A DNA stretch of 64,000 nucleotides from Candidatus Bathyarchaeota archaeon (GTDB lineage Archaea; Thermoproteota; Bathyarchaeia; 40CM-2-53-6), in contig CAVPLU010000014.1 of assembly GCA_963706285.1 (NCBI GenBank), positions 32,211 to 96,210 of the forward strand, in the 5' to 3' direction. Position 1 is the stretch's first letter; each line of letters starts with the position of its first letter. The translations under genes were made by a program, and so were the position numbers. The notes under the pieces were generated by a model. That model saw nothing but the letters and a program-made list of their open reading frames with translations. It was not told the origin of the DNA and did not search any database. Positions 59,291-64,000 of the stretch are shown piece after piece.

Positions 59291-60978
59291 TAGGGACTCA
59301 TTCACGTTCGTAATGTCTCTAAGTATTCTGGATCATCTCGGTAGAAAACTTTACCGAAGCTTTGCAACCGTTCTTGGAGAGGCCATATCGAATTCCTGGG
59401 ACGCTAACGCCGACAACGTATGGATCTACATTGACAAAAGGAAGAACAGTTTTGTCATAAAAGATGACGGTGACGGCATGACATCGGAAGATTTCCAGAA
59501 CAAGTTCCTGAAGATCGGGTATACAAAAAGAAAACACGGGGAAACTCATTCACCGAATAAGCATAGACCGTACGTCGGCAGGAAGGGGATAGGGAAATTG
59601 GCGCTGTTGTCGTGCGCGGACAAGATCGCCGTCATTTCAAAAACCAAGAGCGGGGAGTACGTTGGTGGGATGATTGACAATGGAGAATTGGATAAAGCAA
59701 TAACCGACGACCTGAACCCCCAGCAGTATCCTCTTGAAAACGTGGTTTTAGATGATTTCAGCAAATACATGAAGGATCACAAGAAGGGCACAATCATCTA
59801 TTTCGAGAACATGAAACAAGGCATGAGGAATAGCCTCGACAACATAAGAAGAATACTTGCTCTGTTCTTCCGATTTTCACTAGTTGACAAATCATTCAAG
59901 ATCTTTGTCGATGACAAGCCAATCACATTTGACGACCTCAACGATCTCGCTAAACGCACGGAATTCTTGTGGATCATCAACGACCTCAAGGACCCATATG
60001 TCACCGAGAAACTGAAGTATGAGAAGACAAACCTCAAGAACGATGTTAATCTGCTGGAACCGGGAAAGAAGATAGATATCGACGACAACTCCGAGGGATT
60101 CATCGCTTCCGTTCGCAAGCCAGCGGATCTCAACGATATTCGGTACGGATGAAAGAGTCGGTGTTGATCTCTTCGTGAACGGCAGACTTCGAGAAAGAGA
60201 CCTTTTGAGACACATCCCTACAGCAAAGTTGCCCGAGAACTATTTGTATGGCCAAATTCACCGTAATGATTTGGACGACGACAAGGATAGATTTTCGACC
60301 AGCCGAGAAGGAATCATCGCTGAAGATGACAAATTCAAACAACTCTTGAAGAGCCTGAGTGAAATCATAGCGAACGTTATCGCGGATTGGGACTCCTTGA
60401 GGCGAAAATACCACAAGGAGGGAGATCCAGAGAACACCAGCATTACGAGGAAAGAGAGGAAGGCCGAGGAACTGTACAACGTTGTTTCCGTTGAATACAA
60501 GATTCCAGAGGACACAGGCAAACCGGGACTAAAGGAGAAAGTTGACCAATGGGTGGATGATTTGTCAAAAGACGCTGCTTACAACTTCTCTTCTTATGCG
60601 GACTGCTTCATCTCAGAGAACCTAATCAGGAAGCACATCGAAGATAAGAAGGTCCCACTATCCAAAGAAGCGATCGAACGGATAAACGATAACAAGAGCC
60701 GTGAAAAACTGAACAAGAACAAGGGAAACATAAGCATAGACTTGAGAAAAACGCCGATCGATACGAGTTACTTGTCGATGGATGATTTGGCGAACCTTGT
60801 TGACAAGACAAAGGATCCGATTAAGGAAGCTGCCCTTTCCAGAGACGCGTCTGAATACAAGCCAATCAGAGATGCGCTTATGCACACTGCACTCTTGACC
60901 GACGAGGCGAAGAAGAAATTGACTACGGTTTTTTCGAACATAACATCACGCGTGAGGACACTGCTTTCAAAGGAATAA
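59283..60978 (+). CDS. GHKL (MORC-like) ATPase fused to a C-terminal HEPN-like domain (1-nt frameshift near 60132)
   Basis: EAISNSWDA, DDGDGM, GRKGIGK, GT motifs; joined linker TIFGTDERVGVDLFVNGRLRE; C-terminal ENLIRKHI, SYLSMDDLANLV, RDALMH (Rx4H); overlaps MTase stop by 8 nt. Confidence 0.8.
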
Positions 60979-61136
60979 CATGTTGTCACACCTTTGTCCG
61001 TCATCCGGTGAATGACGTACAATTCAAGAATCTGGGAGCAGGAGAGTACACTATTCAGGTGGTCGTCGTCAAGCCATTCGAATTTGAACCGTCATGAGGA
61101 GATGGAGTGGCGTTCGTTCTTCGTCGTCGGGACACT

Positions 61137-61162
61137 TGGTGCGGGCAACGAAATTTGAACCC
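61137..61162 (-). other. Degenerate tRNA 3'-end fragment, possible att site
   Basis: Reverse complement GGGTTCAAATTTCGTTGCCCGCACCA has a T-loop (GGTTCAAAT) and an acceptor strand ending CCA, with no 5' half. Confidence 0.45.
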
Positions 61163-61368
61163 TCATAGGAGGGTGTGTTTTCGTCGTCGCGCGCCAAGAG
61201 TGCCACACATTCATGACAGGCGATGACCCATGCCCTTCCGGCGGTGATGAGGCTCTCAAAGGGGCACCTCTTTCCCGTAGGTGGGACCTCTTTGCATAAT
61301 CTCCGGAGTCGATTTCGATTTGATACTAATAACCGAGGGACAAGAGAGTAGGATGGCTGGTTTCGGCG

Positions 61369-62003
61369 ATGATAGAGATCCTTGGAATCTCAGGCAGCCC
61401 TCGCAAGGGAGGCAACACCGATCAGTGTTTACAGGAAGTGTTGCGAGCCTGTTCGGAGAAATGTAGAACCGAACTCGTAGCTTAGCACATACGAACATTG
61501 CTGAGTGTGACGGCTGCAATCGCTGAAGAAGGAAGGAACCAGGAAGCTTCCCTGCCCAGCACATGACGATGACATGACTCTGCTCTATGCTAAGCTGGCT
61601 TCAGCGGACGGATTCCTGTTCGCTAGTCCTGTATACTATGGGTCTGTAACCGGTATCCACGAAGCTGTTCATGGACAGGTTTCTTCCCTTCTATCTATGA
61701 ATCAGGCTCAGAAAGCGAACTGAAAGGCGCACTCAGATTCAAGCCCGCAGGAGCAATAGCTGTCGGTGGAGGAAGAAACGATGGGATCCAGCGGTTCTCA
61801 CGCTCCACAGATTCTTCCTCTTCAACGACATGCTGGTCGTAGGTACGGCCGGATACCCTGATTCAGCCTCCAATCTTGGAGGAACCATCTTCTCCGACAG
61901 CAAGCCTAACGCGCTGACACGAGATGCCCTTGGAAGGAGCACTCTCAGGGCATTAGGAAGTAAGGTTTCGCTGACAGCTGAAAGACTTGCCCATTTGCGG
62001 TGA
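61369..62003 (+). pseudogene. Flavodoxin / iron-sulfur flavoprotein family gene with several frameshifts (or consensus errors)
   Basis: MIEILGISGSPRKGGNT, ECDGCNR, DDM..LYAKLASADGFLFASPVYYGSV, KLFMDR, AIAVGGGRN appear in different frames. Confidence 0.75.
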
Positions 62004-63931
62004 CGAAGGCTTGGTCAAGGGGCAAGCTGTTCTTTCGGTTTTGACGTCCGAGTATCACTAGACCAACGACAGCAATACCCGCGAGGGTTGCGATGATGAG
62101 AAGTGCTATGAGCCATACCGTAAGGATCGTGAGGAGGCTCACGGATGTTTGAGTTGACGTGTAGTTTGTGCTCTTCACCTTGGCGGCTACAGTGTGTGAA
62201 CCGGTTCATTCAGTTCCAGCTTGAGAACCACTCTCGCTTCTCCGTTCGCATCAGTTTGAGCGATTGTTCTCTGAACGTTGTCGACGTAGATGGCAATGCT
62301 GACGCCAGCCAATGGCTTCCCATCTGCATTCTTAACAGATATTTCGACAGGCACGTTATCGGTGGTTGAGATGCTTGGAGTTGATATTATCATTGTAATT
62401 TTCGCAGGTTTGATGCTTACAGTGAATTCCGCGGAGTCGGAGAGCACGATGCGTCACCCTCCTCCAGCATAGAAGAAACGTGCCCTATAGTCGCCTGCGG
62501 GATAGTTCAGATCAACTTGGAATGAGATCGCGCCCTGCTGGTTTGTAACTTTCGTTCCAATGTTCTGCCACTGCCCCGTGGTCGAGTTGAATATTTCAAG
62601 CCGAACCGGCTGGTCACCCATCAGCGCTCCATTTCCGCTCGTCAGCGTTCCAGTCAAGACAACACTCTGGCTGTATGAACCACTGAAAAGAGTTCTGCGA
62701 AGGCTTCAGGTTGACGTTTGATAATGATCCGGCGAGTTCTTGTGTCGAATAGATGGCGGTTACGGTGGAGTCGTTGCTCTGGAATGCGAGAAAAACGTTG
62801 TTGGCTGGGTCACGAAATGTGTTTCCAACTGTGAAGGCGGCGACGTCGAGCCGTTCGGCGCGGACTTGGCGTGGGAAGAGACCTCCACTAATAGGGTTAA
62901 CGAGCCTGACGATTCCTTCACCGGAGTCGAGTGATTCATCGACATAGGATACTAGGATGCCGGTGGCAACGAAGTCTGCTAAAATTCCTGCTCGTTGCCT
63001 GTATTCTACAACGTGATACCTAGTCGACGAGACAGGTATCAAGATCGATGATGCTCCCGGGTATTCCAGAGGATTCAGGGTAAACGAAGAAACAACCGTG
63101 TTGGGGTTGGGATGGAGGGAGTAATCCATCCGAGTGCAACGGCACCCCAAGCGCCAATGTATGAGGGCGTCAGATCGTCCTGGAGCGCTGCAGCAGAAGG
63201 CGCCGGTGTCGATTAGGGACCAATATCCAACATAGTTGTCGCTAGTGGAGGAGTCATAGAGGTCCGGGAATCCGAAGAGGTGCCCCGTCTCATGCACAAA
63301 CGTGCCTAATCGATCGAATTCGGACAGGAATGTGACGCACTGAAATGATTTCGAACGAACCACTACCCGCTCTGCTGGGCCATAGTCTGGAAATGTCGAG
63401 CAGGAGGTCTGAGACCAGATCTCACCGGTAAGAGTCATGCCCGTGTTAGTTGCCTGGTCCTGACCCGCGTGAACAATCATCAGATACTTGAAGGAACTGG
63501 TATCGACTGAGGAAGGCAGCATAGCGGCTGCATCTTCCGCCAGCGAGAACAGGTTCATGTCTTGGCCTGGCGTTCTGCGGTCGTCTGTAGTAGCCCATCG
63601 TGTTACTCACTGTGTACCAGCCGTACACTTCGGCGGCTACTGAGGCTTTCCCGTAGGAAACCTCGCTGTAGTAATTGTTCATTCCATCAATAGCGAGGCT
63701 TTTCATTTGGTCGACGCTTATCGAGTGTTTGACATCCTGAAAATCCACGAGAAGAACAAGAACTTGCTGAGGCCCAGTGATTGAATGCTGACCAGAGAGG
63801 ACCTTGTAGTTGTAGCTGGAGGTGGAGATTGCCTGGGCCTGGGGTATTGAAGCTGGAGTAAGCCAGATCGACATCGAAAAGGCTAGTAGAACGAGTAGGA
63901 AATACCCTTGCAGTTTCTTCGTATCCAACAC
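61945..63931 (-). CDS. Secreted M6 (immune inhibitor A-like) metalloprotease with Ig-like domains and C-terminal TM, split into several ORFs by frameshifts
   Basis: Signal peptide, VLLVDFQD, YYSEVSYGK, IVHAG, HETGHLFGFPDLYD, VGYWSL, VEYR; Ig-like TDANG repeats; TM in last fragment; exact 3' end uncertain. Confidence 0.85.
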
Positions 63932-64000
63932 TTCCTCGTATCGGCGGCGGTGAACCTTGGAGGCGTCTTATAGGTTCTCAGGATGATTCGTCCACACTCG

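Larger units (their letters stand above)
56102..61162. mobile_element. Probable decayed integrated/defence island
   Basis: TA pair, RHH gene, truncated ATPase, Vsr/Dcm/GHKL module of visibly A-richer composition, tRNA-3'-like end; no integrase seen and left boundary is approximate. Confidence 0.45.

Noticed and set aside
61060-61190. Repeated AATTTGAACC and TCGTCGTC as a mini CRISPR or repeat array
   Set aside because: Only 2-3 short copies with inconsistent spacing, no cas genes; the first copy reads as codons of a short ORF fragment
61218-61265. GGCGATGA...GTGATGA as a fluoride riboswitch or C/D box sRNA
   Set aside because: Pseudoknot pairing is poor and no CTGA D boxes are present

Overview
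Archaeal genomic window, most consistent with Bathyarchaeia or a related TACK lineage. That assignment is inferred from gene content: archaeal RNA polymerase and ribosomal genes, Alba, PurP, a non-pyrrolysine MttB and many peptidases. 1-16.6 kb is mixed accessory/metabolic: thioredoxin, flippase-like and DedA membrane proteins, ApgM, a divergent SpeD-like decarboxylase, tandem PurP, an ABC exporter next to an RRE-radical SAM/SPASM enzyme, and a SWIB-like small protein. 16.7-39.7 kb is the rpoD-rpl18e-rpl13-rps9-rpoN-eno-rps2-MEMO superoperon, continuing into an archaeal (Aeropyrum-type) mevalonate and ether-lipid cluster that ends at gltX. 39.9-43.6 kb holds small nucleic-acid/translation factors, including two tiny ORFs missed by the ORF track and a CBS-HPF hibernation-factor-like protein. 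43.6-52 kb has a Rieske ferredoxin, MttB, peptidases and PurD. 52-61.2 kb has an orphan NurA-HerA pair and a probable defence island: RelE-type TA, RHH protein, ATPase remnant, Vsr, C5 DNA methyltransferase and a GHKL ATPase fused to a HEPN-like domain, ending at a tRNA-3'-like att remnant. The best candidate for an undescribed system is the Vsr/Dcm/GHKL-HEPN module. Many apparent small-indel frameshifts, concentrated after 57 kb, probably reflect consensus errors. No rRNA, intact tRNA or CRISPR array was recognised. All family assignments are from motif recognition by eye, not database searches.
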